Source: a virus
IMG/VR virus record: IMGVR_UViG_3300032093_000017
DNA: 64,000 nt
Strand: one strand, 5' to 3'
How positions within the stretch are numbered: position 1 is the first letter of the stretch; every line of letters starts with the position of its first letter. The notes under the pieces are model-generated. The model had not been told where the DNA came from. It was given only the letters and a program-made list of their open reading frames with translations, and searched no databases. A program made the translations under genes and the position numbers. Shown here piece after piece: positions 48,542 to 56,650 of the stretch.

Positions 48542-49706
48542 AATCACTGCAGAGAAAGAAAAAATGATTCAAGGAATGACCGTATTTAATACTCAAGAGG
48601 TAGATGCCAAAAAGCAACCTATGTTTTTTGGTGCTCCTCTTGGAGTTCAAAGATATGATTCTTATAAGTATCCTGTCTTTGATAAATTAACTCAACAACA
48701 GTTAGGATATTTCTGGAGACCTGAAGAAGTTTCTTTGCAGAAAGATCGTTCGGATTATCAAACTCTTCGTCCAGAACAAAAACATATCTTCACTTCTAAT
48801 TTGAAGTATCAAATTCTTTTGGATTCAGTTCAAGGTCGTGGTCCAGGGATGGCATTTGCACCTTACTGTTCACTTCCAGAATTGGAAGCCTGTATGAAGG
48901 TTTGGGAGTTTATGGAGATGATCCATAGTCGTTCCTATACATACATTATTAAGAATGTTTATTCTGATCCAACAGAAGTTTTTGATTCCATTTTAAATAA
49001 TGAAAAGATTTTAGAAAGAGCATCATCAGTTACTGGTGCTTATGATGACTTTATTAATTCCGCACAACTTTATGGAAACTCAAATCTTTGGGTTCACGCA
49101 CAAGAAGGTGTTGGAACTGCAAAAGAACAAAGATATGAACTAAAAAGAAAACTTTATCGTGCAATTGCAAATGTCAACATTCTCGAAGGTATCAGGTTTT
49201 ATGTCTCGTTCGCTTGCAGCTTTGCGTTTGGTGAACTCAAACTTATGGAAGGATCCGCTAAAATTATCTCTCTCATCGCAAGAGACGAAAATCAGCACCT
49301 TGTTATTACTCAAAACATCCTCAATAAGTGGCGTGAAGGGGATGATCCAGAAATGCAACAAATTGCTAAAGAAGAAGAGGAATGGGTAAGAGGTGCCTTT
49401 GAGAATTGTGTAAATGAGGAAAAGAGGTGGGCAGAGTATCTGTTCAAAGATGGTTCTATGATTGGTCTAAACGATAAACTTCTTTGGAGTTATGTTGAAT
49501 GGGTTGCGAATCGTCGTATGAAAGCAATTGGACTTAAACCACTCTATGATATTTCTGCAAAGAATAATCCACTTCCTTGGACTGAGCATTGGATTTCCTC
49601 TAAGGGACTTCAAGTTGCTCCACAGGAAACGGAAGTAGAATCTTATGTGGTTGGTGGCATTAAGCAGGATATTACAAAAGATTCTTTTAGTGGATTTAAA
49701 CTCTAA
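48522..49706 (+). CDS. nrdB: ribonucleotide reductase beta subunit
   Basis: FWRPEEV, EMIHSRSY, LEGIRFYVSF, RDENQH, VAPQETE. Confidence 0.98.
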   Translation: MNPVKFRITAEKEKMIQGMTVFNTQEVDAKKQPMFFGAPLGVQRYDSYKYPVFDKLTQQQLGYFWRPEEVSLQKDRSDYQTLRPEQKHIFTSNLKYQILLDSVQGRGPGMAFAPYCSLPELEACMKVWEFMEMIHSRSYTYIIKNVYSDPTEVFDSILNNEKILERASSVTGAYDDFINSAQLYGNSNLWVHAQEGVGTAKEQRYELKRKLYRAIANVNILEGIRFYVSFACSFAFGELKLMEGSAKIISLIARDENQHLVITQNILNKWREGDDPEMQQIAKEEEEWVRGAFENCVNEEKRWAEYLFKDGSMIGLNDKLLWSYVEWVANRRMKAIGLKPLYDISAKNNPLPWTEHWISSKGLQVAPQETEVESYVVGGIKQDITKDSFSGFKL

Positions 49707-49732
49707 AATTGTAACAAAAATAACAAAAAAAA

Positions 49733-49762
49733 TTGACTATATAACGTACAAGGGAATATAAT
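49733..49762 (+). promoter_or_regulatory. sigma70-type promoter with adjacent imperfect NtcA box
   Basis: TTGACT-18 bp-TATAAT; predicted TSS near 49769; TGTA-N8-AACA at 49710-49725. Confidence 0.65.
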
Positions 49763-49770
49763 AAGTCCCT

Positions 49771-49834
49771 AACGTTCATCTGCTATTTGCGAATTGCGAA
49801 TGTAGACGGAAGTAAGCCGACTCGGAACGGAACG
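49771..49834 (+). ncRNA. glutamine riboswitch-like aptamer 1 (glnA / Downstream-peptide class)
   Basis: CGTTCATC-stem-GACGGAAGTAAG...GGAACG with P1 CGTTC/GAACG, matching the recalled glnA consensus. Confidence 0.8.
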
Positions 49835-50002
49835 TTCATCTATGGAAGCACTCATTCTATCTTGCTTACAAGCACAATTAATTGTAGGAAGAGTTCATAA
49901 ACAAGACATTCCTAAACAAGCAAAGAATGATTTAATTTGGGAGATTAAACAAATCTCACCAAAGACGTGTAAAATAGACGCAAAAGCCGACTGAAGGAAC
50001 GC
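49833..50002 (+). ncRNA. glutamine riboswitch-like aptamer 2 with a greatly expanded P2 loop
   Basis: CGTTCATCTAT...ATAGACGCAAAAGCCGACTGAAGGAACGC; P1 and P2 close around about 130 nt of insert. Confidence 0.65.
49842..49994 (+). CDS. 50 aa ORF nested in aptamer 2; not in ORF track
   Basis: MEALILSCLQAQLIVGRVHKQDIPKQAKNDLIWEIKQISPKTCKIDAKAD. Confidence 0.55.
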   Translation: MEALILSCLQAQLIVGRVHKQDIPKQAKNDLIWEIKQISPKTCKIDAKAD

Positions 50003-50032
50003 TCTTTAACCTAAAAACTAAGGAGAAACCTA

Positions 50033-50197
50033 ATGTCAAAAGTTGTATACCGTGGTGTTGAATATGACACTACAAACCGTCCTAATCAAACATTTAAATG
50101 TGAACCAAGAGTAGAAATTTATCGTGGTGCTATGTTTTATGTTGATGAAAATGGAAACAAACTTTCTATGCAGAAGTCGGGGGAAACAATTAAATGA
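50033..50197 (+). CDS. DUF4278-family small protein; not in ORF track
   Basis: 54 aa with two YRG motifs (VVYRGVEY, IYRGAMF); AAGGAG RBS. Confidence 0.8.
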   Translation: MSKVVYRGVEYDTTNRPNQTFKCEPRVEIYRGAMFYVDENGNKLSMQKSGETIK

Positions 50198-50286
50198 AAA
50201 AAATTAATGTCCTTCAACTTATTAAAGAACAAAAACAAAAAGAAAATCGTCGTCACCAAGCTAAAATAGTGATGATTAAAAAGTAA
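50194..50286 (+). CDS. 30 aa basic peptide; not in ORF track
   Basis: MKKINVLQLIKEQKQKENRRHQAKIVMIKK; ATGA overlap with the DUF4278 gene. Confidence 0.55.
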   Translation: MKKINVLQLIKEQKQKENRRHQAKIVMIKK

Positions 50287-50290
50287 ATTG

Positions 50291-50321
50291 ATAGGAGGGG
50301 CAATACCCCTCCTATTTTTTT
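50291..50321 (+). terminator. Rho-independent terminator
   Basis: ATAGGAGGGG-CAATA-CCCCTCCTAT followed by a T-run and late promoter TATAAATA at 50321. Confidence 0.9.
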
Positions 50322-50348
50322 ATAAATAACTAAAAACAGTCTAAAAAG

Positions 50349-51734
50349 ATGTCTTTAAGAAATTCATATAAAAGTTTTTATACTGAAGGTGTTGCAGCAG
50401 AACATCCAGATATTGCGGGACAAAAAGAATTTGCAAATAAGGCAGATGCTGAAATTGCTCGTAGAAGAGCAGCAAGAGCAAAGAAAGCAGGACCACAACT
50501 TCCTGGTTTTGTTGCGTCAGTAAAGAAAGAAGAAGTTGAAGTAAATGAAGCACACTGGAATCCAGTAACAAAAAAAATTCAGGATAAACCACCATCAAAG
50601 GAAGAAATTGAATCTTTGGCAGCAAAAGCAAGAACTAAGAAAAAAGTAAGAAAACCACAAGGTTCTATTCGTAAAACTAGTGGAACATTTAAACCATCAT
50701 CACCAGAAGAAGCAAAAGCAAATAAAGCATCTTGGGGTGACTATTGGAGTTCTGCAGCAAAAGGTTACAAAGAGGAATATGTAAATGAAAAAATTGACGT
50801 AGGTGCTGATGTCAGTAAAACAATTAGTGATTTCGTTCATTCAAAGAGCAAAACCTTCAAAGGTGATAGTAAGAAGCAAAGAATTAAGAGAGCACTTGGT
50901 GCTTATTATGCAGCACAAAGAGAAGAAACAGAAAACATTTATAATTATGTAATTGAAACTTTAGTTGATGCTGACTTCGCAGAAAGTTATGAAGCAGCAG
51001 AAGTAATGTTTGAACATATTAGTGATGAGTTTACTGCAGCAATTCTTGAGGAATATATTGAAGAAAAGGCAAGAGGAACCAGAAAGAAAACAACAGTTCA
51101 CGCATATGACGTTGATGAAACCTTATTTGGGCACGGCAAAAAGGGCAAACCAAATGTTCAGGTTCACGTTAAAGACGCATCAGGAAAAAGAGTTAAGAGT
51201 CTAAGCAACCAAGAGTTCAATACTCATAAGTTGGAGAAGGGTCATTCTTATGACTTTAGTGAGTTCCAGAGTGCTAAGAAGTTCAAAGAAACTTCAAGTC
51301 CAAATAAAAAAGTAATCAAGGATATTAAGAGAAAGCAGGCAAGAGGACAAAATGTTCATCTTATTACTGCTCGTTCTAAGTTTGATAAACCAAGTGAATT
51401 CCAAGGTCATCTCAAGAAGCACGGTGTTGATGTAGATAAGTCAAAGATTCACTATACTGGTGGGATGAAAGGTGGTGATATTGGTAAGAAGAAAGTGGAT
51501 GTTGCGAATGCAGTAGCAAAGCAAAGTGGGGCTAAGAGCATTCATATGTATGATGATGCTGCAAAAGTTCATAAGGCATTTGAAAAAGAAAAGAAAGAAG
51601 CACCAACATCAAAGAAAATCAAAACACATATGGTTGCACCAGATAAAAAAGGTGAATCAAGAGTTCGTTCTTATCAAGCAACTAAGAACGAAGAAATGAG
51701 TTCTTACGAGTACTGGAAACAATTTATTGATTGA
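50349..51734 (+). CDS. modular late protein with C-terminal HAD-superfamily phosphatase domain
   Basis: HAD motifs YDVDETL, LITAR, K, MYDD; basic modules separated by (V/I/Y)xE sites. Confidence 0.7.
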   Translation: MSLRNSYKSFYTEGVAAEHPDIAGQKEFANKADAEIARRRAARAKKAGPQLPGFVASVKKEEVEVNEAHWNPVTKKIQDKPPSKEEIESLAAKARTKKKVRKPQGSIRKTSGTFKPSSPEEAKANKASWGDYWSSAAKGYKEEYVNEKIDVGADVSKTISDFVHSKSKTFKGDSKKQRIKRALGAYYAAQREETENIYNYVIETLVDADFAESYEAAEVMFEHISDEFTAAILEEYIEEKARGTRKKTTVHAYDVDETLFGHGKKGKPNVQVHVKDASGKRVKSLSNQEFNTHKLEKGHSYDFSEFQSAKKFKETSSPNKKVIKDIKRKQARGQNVHLITARSKFDKPSEFQGHLKKHGVDVDKSKIHYTGGMKGGDIGKKKVDVANAVAKQSGAKSIHMYDDAAKVHKAFEKEKKEAPTSKKIKTHMVAPDKKGESRVRSYQATKNEEMSSYEYWKQFID

Positions 51735-51771
51735 TAAATAAGTATAGAAAAGTACTTTTTATTACTAAAAA

Positions 51772-53319
51772 ATGAATAAGCAGGACTTGGATGCTTTAGC
51801 AAACTTGTATGGGGAAGTTTATTATCCTCAGGATGTAGAGCAACTTGATGAAATTTCTGTTAATTTTGGAGGACAAGCAGCAGTTGATAAAGTTAGATCG
51901 CAAATGGCAGCACAAAGAAATATTAATGCAACAAATCAAAGAGCACAGTTGGGAGTAGTAAAAACAAATAAAGGATATATTGCAAAACCTGGAGAAACTT
52001 CATATGACCCAGAAAAGGGTGCTGAAGCAATAAGACTTGCGAATAGATTGAATAGAGAAACTGGTTTGGGTAAACCTCAGGCACCAAGACCAGCAGGTTC
52101 TCCTCCACAAAGACCAGCAGCAGGTTCAGGTTCAACACCTCCATCAAGACCAGCAGCATCTTCAACGGTGCTTGCAAAACAAAAAGGAGTTGAAGGGAAA
52201 TTAGATAAAGCAACTGGTAAGTTTACTGCTGGTGCTTTTAGTGGTGCAGAGAAGTCCCGTTATGCAAGTGTTGCCGCACAAAATGCAGCAAGGAATTCTG
52301 CATCATCGGCACCAAAACCTCCAACACCAGCAGTTGGAAAGTTGGGAAATACTTCATTTGAAAGAAGAACTCCAACATCTGCTGAATTAAGAGCAGCACA
52401 ATCAGCAAGAGCAAGTGGTGCGTCTCCAGAAAAAGCACTTCAAGCAGCACAAAAAACCAATCTTCCAACTCAAGGTCCTACTCCTGCAATCCCTGATTTG
52501 AAAAGTATAAATGCAGATTTAGCAAAAGCAAACTCTCCTGCTGTTATAAATAGACCAGCACCAGCAGGTACTGCACTTGCAGCACAACAATCACAACAAA
52601 AAAAACCCCCAACTCCAGGAACAGGAGCAATAAAACCAATGACGCAAAAATCATCTTACGAATGGCCTTCTGCTAAAACAATTAAAGATATTGCAGATGC
52701 TTATTCATCAATTTACGAAGCAAAGAAAAAAGTAGACCAAGATAAAGATGGTGATAATGACTTTGCTGATGTAAGAATTGCAAGAATGGTTGCTTCTGGT
52801 GTTCCCAAAGAAGTAGCAATCGCAAAGGTAAGAAATAAATCATATAATGAAGAAGTTGAGATTGACGAAGCAACTGCAATGGCTAAGAAAGGTTATGATG
52901 AAACTGCAATCCGTAATAAGATTGCAAAATCAACAGGTGGTGGAAAATCTGCTGATAGAGCAACTGCACTTGAAAACAGACCAACTTATGGAGATAGTGC
53001 AAAGCAAAAAGCAAGACAAAATCTTGCCAGAGCACAAAGAGGTGATTTCCGTAAGACAACTTCTTCAAATCCTGGTCTTCACGGATACGCTCACAAGTCT
53101 AATGACCCTGCCGTAAAAGCAAAGCAGGCAGCAAGAGGAGCACAAAGAGGTGCTCTGACCCCTAGAGAGAAAAAGCAACTCAATAGAGAGGCATATGAAG
53201 CATATGAATTTGTAGTATCACATCTTCTTGAAAATAACTTTGCATCAACAGTTGAGGATGCAAATATAATTATCAACAATATGAGTGAAGTTTGGTTCAA
53301 TCATATTATGGAAGGTTGA
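51772..53319 (+). CDS. Ala/Pro/Lys-rich modular late protein, putative internal head protein
   Basis: Late promoter ATAAATA at 51734; repeated L..(A/L)Y..(V/I)Y motif; DQDKDGDNDFAD; helical module shared with the previous gene. Confidence 0.6.
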   Translation: MNKQDLDALANLYGEVYYPQDVEQLDEISVNFGGQAAVDKVRSQMAAQRNINATNQRAQLGVVKTNKGYIAKPGETSYDPEKGAEAIRLANRLNRETGLGKPQAPRPAGSPPQRPAAGSGSTPPSRPAASSTVLAKQKGVEGKLDKATGKFTAGAFSGAEKSRYASVAAQNAARNSASSAPKPPTPAVGKLGNTSFERRTPTSAELRAAQSARASGASPEKALQAAQKTNLPTQGPTPAIPDLKSINADLAKANSPAVINRPAPAGTALAAQQSQQKKPPTPGTGAIKPMTQKSSYEWPSAKTIKDIADAYSSIYEAKKKVDQDKDGDNDFADVRIARMVASGVPKEVAIAKVRNKSYNEEVEIDEATAMAKKGYDETAIRNKIAKSTGGGKSADRATALENRPTYGDSAKQKARQNLARAQRGDFRKTTSSNPGLHGYAHKSNDPAVKAKQAARGAQRGALTPREKKQLNREAYEAYEFVVSHLLENNFASTVEDANIIINNMSEVWFNHIMEG

Positions 53320-53338
53320 TATAATATTACAATTCATT

Positions 53339-53375
53339 AAGGCACCTTGACAGGTGCTTTTTTTATGACTATAAT
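53339..53375 (+). terminator. terminator with embedded sigma70 promoter
   Basis: GCACCT-TGAC-AGGTGC followed by T7; TTGACA (53347)-17 bp-TATAAT (53370). Confidence 0.8.
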
Positions 53376-53438
53376 CACTCTGTTAGGGTTGAAGATAAGT
53401 TATACCTATAAATAACTTGAATATTATTAGGAACCCGA

Positions 53439-53876
53439 ATGAGTTATGAAAACCCTTGGAGATATCAAGGAAGGATATTTGAATCAGAAGATATTCAAGA
53501 TTATTTTGGGTTTGTTTATTTAATTGAATGTTCTCAAACTAACAGAAAATATTTGGGTAGAAAATACTTTTGGTCTTTTAGAACTCCCAAAGGAAAGAAA
53601 AGAAAAGTAAAACAAGAATCAGATTGGAAAAATTATTATGGTTCTTGTCCTGAGTTAAAAGAAGATATAAAAAAAATAGGAAAGGATAAGTTTCAAAGAA
53701 CTATTTTATCACTTCATAAAACTGTTGGTAAAACCAACTATGAAGAAACAAGGCAATTGTTCTTAAACAATGTCTTAACTGAGTCTCTTGACAATGGGTT
53801 TCCTGCGTATTATAATTCGAATATACTTTCGAGATATTTTAGGAAGGATTACTTCAATGAAGATTCACGCCAATAA
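53439..53876 (+). CDS. GIY-YIG-fold protein (conserved in T4-like phages)
   Basis: GFVYLI...RKYLGRK, ESDWKNYYGS, YYNSNI. Confidence 0.75.
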   Translation: MSYENPWRYQGRIFESEDIQDYFGFVYLIECSQTNRKYLGRKYFWSFRTPKGKKRKVKQESDWKNYYGSCPELKEDIKKIGKDKFQRTILSLHKTVGKTNYEETRQLFLNNVLTESLDNGFPAYYNSNILSRYFRKDYFNEDSRQ

Positions 53877-54054
53877 AATGTGTAATGATGTGATTGATAA
53901 TCATATTAATCGTATGCATTTTTTGTGTGATGAAAAAAGAATTAGAGATGCTGAAAGTGTCTATAGTGAAATTCGTGATTGGGTAATTCAAAAAGAAAAT
54001 CTTGAAGTGTTATCTTTAGAATATATCAGTGATTATTTTGTAGATTTTGAGTAA
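53857..54054 (+). CDS. hypothetical protein
   Basis: ORF overlapping the previous stop; start codon uncertain. Confidence 0.5.
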   Translation: MKIHANKMCNDVIDNHINRMHFLCDEKRIRDAESVYSEIRDWVIQKENLEVLSLEYISDYFVDFE

Positions 54055-54144
54055 AATCTAAATAATCTGATATAATGAAAAAATCCTTAAGGATTCCTAT
54101 TATGAGTAGGTTTTTATAAAATGAGTTTTTGACTGTGAAAATTA

Positions 54145-54207
54145 GAGCCGTGGAAGGTGCCTCCCGAGAGGGTTGGTGTACCCCCCTTCTATACGGATGT
54201 AGAGTTC
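54145..54207 (+). ncRNA. candidate structured cis-regulatory RNA in the lysozyme leader
   Basis: GC-rich island; CCGTGGAAGG / CCTTCT..ACGG stem enclosing CCC-GAGA-GGG hairpin. Confidence 0.45.
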
Positions 54208-54218
54208 AATTAATTTAA

Positions 54219-54866
54219 ATGCAAAACATCTTTACTGTAGCCCTGCCTCTTCTGGCATCGGTTACAACCAGTACGGCATCACTGCCATTCGTCAACTACA
54301 AGATGAAAAGTCCTCCTCCCCCGTTGGAAGAGACAATTAAATTGAATCTTGTAGATGAAAAGAAGACAGCAATCCGAGAGGTTGCTCCCGAAAAACCAAA
54401 AGAGAAAAGGCTAATTTGTAAAGGGTGTTCAGAACATGAACAACTTGCTGTGGATTATTTCCAAGAGCAAGGAATTAAAGACAGAAACGCCCTTGCTACT
54501 ATCCTGGGCAATATTAAGCAAGAATCTATGTTCGTGCCTAATATTTGTGAAGGTGGTAGTAGGACTCAGTACCATCACTGCGGTCGTGGTTATGGTCTGA
54601 TCCAATGGACATCTGCCGATCGTTATTATGGATTGGGTGATTTTGCTAAGAGATTTGGTGGAAATCCATCATCTCTTCAAACGCAACTTGGTTATCTAAC
54701 GACTGAGGTTCAGTGGAAACGAATTGCTGATAGGATGAAAACTCCTGGAAAATCTATCAATCGTTACATGGACTATGCGTATAGTTGGATTGGTTGGGGC
54801 ATTCATGGTGCTCGCACATCATATGCTCATGAATATGCTAACCGACTGATCACGGTAGAAGTTTGA
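54219..54866 (+). CDS. phage tail lysozyme-family peptidoglycan hydrolase
   Basis: ALATILGNIKQES, GYGLIQWT, LQTQLGYL; hydrophobic signal-like N-terminus. Confidence 0.8.
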   Translation: MQNIFTVALPLLASVTTSTASLPFVNYKMKSPPPPLEETIKLNLVDEKKTAIREVAPEKPKEKRLICKGCSEHEQLAVDYFQEQGIKDRNALATILGNIKQESMFVPNICEGGSRTQYHHCGRGYGLIQWTSADRYYGLGDFAKRFGGNPSSLQTQLGYLTTEVQWKRIADRMKTPGKSINRYMDYAYSWIGWGIHGARTSYAHEYANRLITVEV

Positions 54867-54922
54867 CACAATAGAATAATATGGGGGGTCAATATAAATC
54901 CCCCCTCTTAAACAAATTTTAA

Positions 54923-54951
54923 TTGACATAATACAAAAGTTGATTTATGAT
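54923..54951 (+). promoter_or_regulatory. sigma70-type promoter for the porin gene
   Basis: TTGACA-17 bp-TATGAT. Confidence 0.75.
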
Positions 54952-55048
54952 GTTGGTCATCTTAAGATTTGCTTAAGACGAATAAATAACGAAGATTTGC
55001 TTTGTTGTAAATCTTCACAATGTCGTTTAGTACACAAAAAACATTTTT

Positions 55049-56548
55049 ATGAAAATCAAACAACTGATGTTTGCACCTGTTGCTCTTGGTATGGTTGCTC
55101 CTGCTTTTGCGAATGCCGCAGATCTTAATATGGCAGCAGTCAATCAATATTCCAGTTCAGAACAAGTCTCAAGTATCACTCAATTGTCTGATGTAAAGCC
55201 TACTGATTGGGCATATCAGGCACTCAGCAATCTTGTCGAACGTTACGGTTGCGTTGCTGGTTATGAAAACGGAACTTACCTTGGTGGTAAGGCAATGACC
55301 CGGTTTGAGGCAGCAGCACTTCTGAATGCTTGTCTGGATCGTGTAACTGAAGTTACCGATGAACTCAGTCGTCTTTCGAAAGAGTTTGCTGATGAACTAC
55401 TTGTCATTCGTGGTCGTGTTGCCAAACTAGAAACACAGGTTGGTCAACTTCAGGCAACTCAGTTTTCTACTACTACCAAACTCAAAGGTGAAGCAACCTT
55501 TGTTCTTGGTGGTGTAGAAGGTGCTCGTCTTGCTAATGGAACCAATGTTGGAAATACTGCATTCAACTATGATGTTCGTCTAAACTTTGACACTTCCTTC
55601 ACTGGTAAGGATTTGCTGAAGACTCGTCTGCGTTCTGGCAACTTCTCTTCACAACCTTTTGGTTCTTCTTCTTCTCTGTTCAAACTGGACAAGGCAGAAA
55701 GTCTTGCAAATGCAGTGCAACTTGACCGTCTTTACTACAGTTTCCCCGCACTTGCTAAAGGTGTGACTCTGACTGCCGGTGCTCTGGTTCGTAACACTGA
55801 GATGGCATGGACTCCTAGTGCTTACAAGTCTGATATTCTGGACTTCTTTGCTGTTGCTGGTGCTCCTGGTGTCTATAACAAGGCAACTGGTTCTGGTTTT
55901 GGTATTCAGTATGCTCAACCTGGTAAGAAGGGTGGTATTGTTGCTGGTCTGAACTATGTTGCTCAGAATGGTAATGATAGTTCCAAGGGTCAATTTGATG
56001 AGACTGGTGCTCTGAACACTCTTGCTCAGATTGGTTATCGTGCTCCTCAGTATGGTATTGCATTTGGTTATCGTTATGGAACCGAAGGCACTCGTGTTCG
56101 TACCTTCAATGCTATTAACGGTGGTTCTGGTGCTCTTGCTTCTGGTCAATCTTCCAACAGCTATGCTATCAATGCTTACTGGCAACCTAAGAAGTCTGGT
56201 ATTGTACCTTCAATCTCAGGTGCTTATGGTTGGAATGATGTTAGCCTGAATTCTCTTGGTAAGACAACTCCTACTGGTGCTACCAACTCCCAGACCTGGT
56301 TTGCTGGTCTTCAGTGGAGTGATGTGTTTGCTAAGGGAAATGCTGCTGGTTTTGCCATCGGTGCTCCTGGTAATGCTGCTTCACTTACTGATAGTCAGAA
56401 GGCTCTGATGTGGGAAGCTTTCTATCGTTACAAAGTCAGCGATAACATTAGCATCACTCCTGCTGTGTTTTATGTTTCCAACAATCAAGGACTCAAGAAT
56501 GCTTCAGATAACTATGGTGGTGTGATTCAGACGACTTTTAGGTTTTGA
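55049..56548 (+). CDS. cyanobacterial SLH-domain outer-membrane porin (SomA/SomB / iron-uptake porin / OprB type)
   Basis: Signal peptide; SDVKPTDWAYQALSNLVERYGCVAGY, TRFEAAALLNACLD, QFSTTTKLKGE; terminal TTFRF. Confidence 0.95.
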   Translation: MKIKQLMFAPVALGMVAPAFANAADLNMAAVNQYSSSEQVSSITQLSDVKPTDWAYQALSNLVERYGCVAGYENGTYLGGKAMTRFEAAALLNACLDRVTEVTDELSRLSKEFADELLVIRGRVAKLETQVGQLQATQFSTTTKLKGEATFVLGGVEGARLANGTNVGNTAFNYDVRLNFDTSFTGKDLLKTRLRSGNFSSQPFGSSSSLFKLDKAESLANAVQLDRLYYSFPALAKGVTLTAGALVRNTEMAWTPSAYKSDILDFFAVAGAPGVYNKATGSGFGIQYAQPGKKGGIVAGLNYVAQNGNDSSKGQFDETGALNTLAQIGYRAPQYGIAFGYRYGTEGTRVRTFNAINGGSGALASGQSSNSYAINAYWQPKKSGIVPSISGAYGWNDVSLNSLGKTTPTGATNSQTWFAGLQWSDVFAKGNAAGFAIGAPGNAASLTDSQKALMWEAFYRYKVSDNISITPAVFYVSNNQGLKNASDNYGGVIQTTFRF

Positions 56549-56570
56549 TAAGTACTCATAAGATGATTGG

Positions 56571-56599
56571 AACCACCCCTTTCTGGGGTGGTTTTTTTT
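56571..56599 (+). terminator. Rho-independent terminator after the porin gene
   Basis: AACCACCCC-TTTCT-GGGGTGGTT followed by a T-run. Confidence 0.9.
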
Positions 56600-56650
56600 A
56601 ACTAGTATAAATAAGTAAAATATTTTGAAATTTATTTATAGGATTGGAAT

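Noticed and set aside
49771-49841. Direct repeat AACGTTCATCT as CRISPR-like or att site
   Set aside because: Only two copies, and both are explained as the 5' strands of tandem aptamers
53439-53876. Second GIY-YIG ORF as a mobile homing endonuclease
   Set aside because: Short catalytic-type domain only, with no DNA-binding extension or leader hairpin; looks like a conserved T4-like gene
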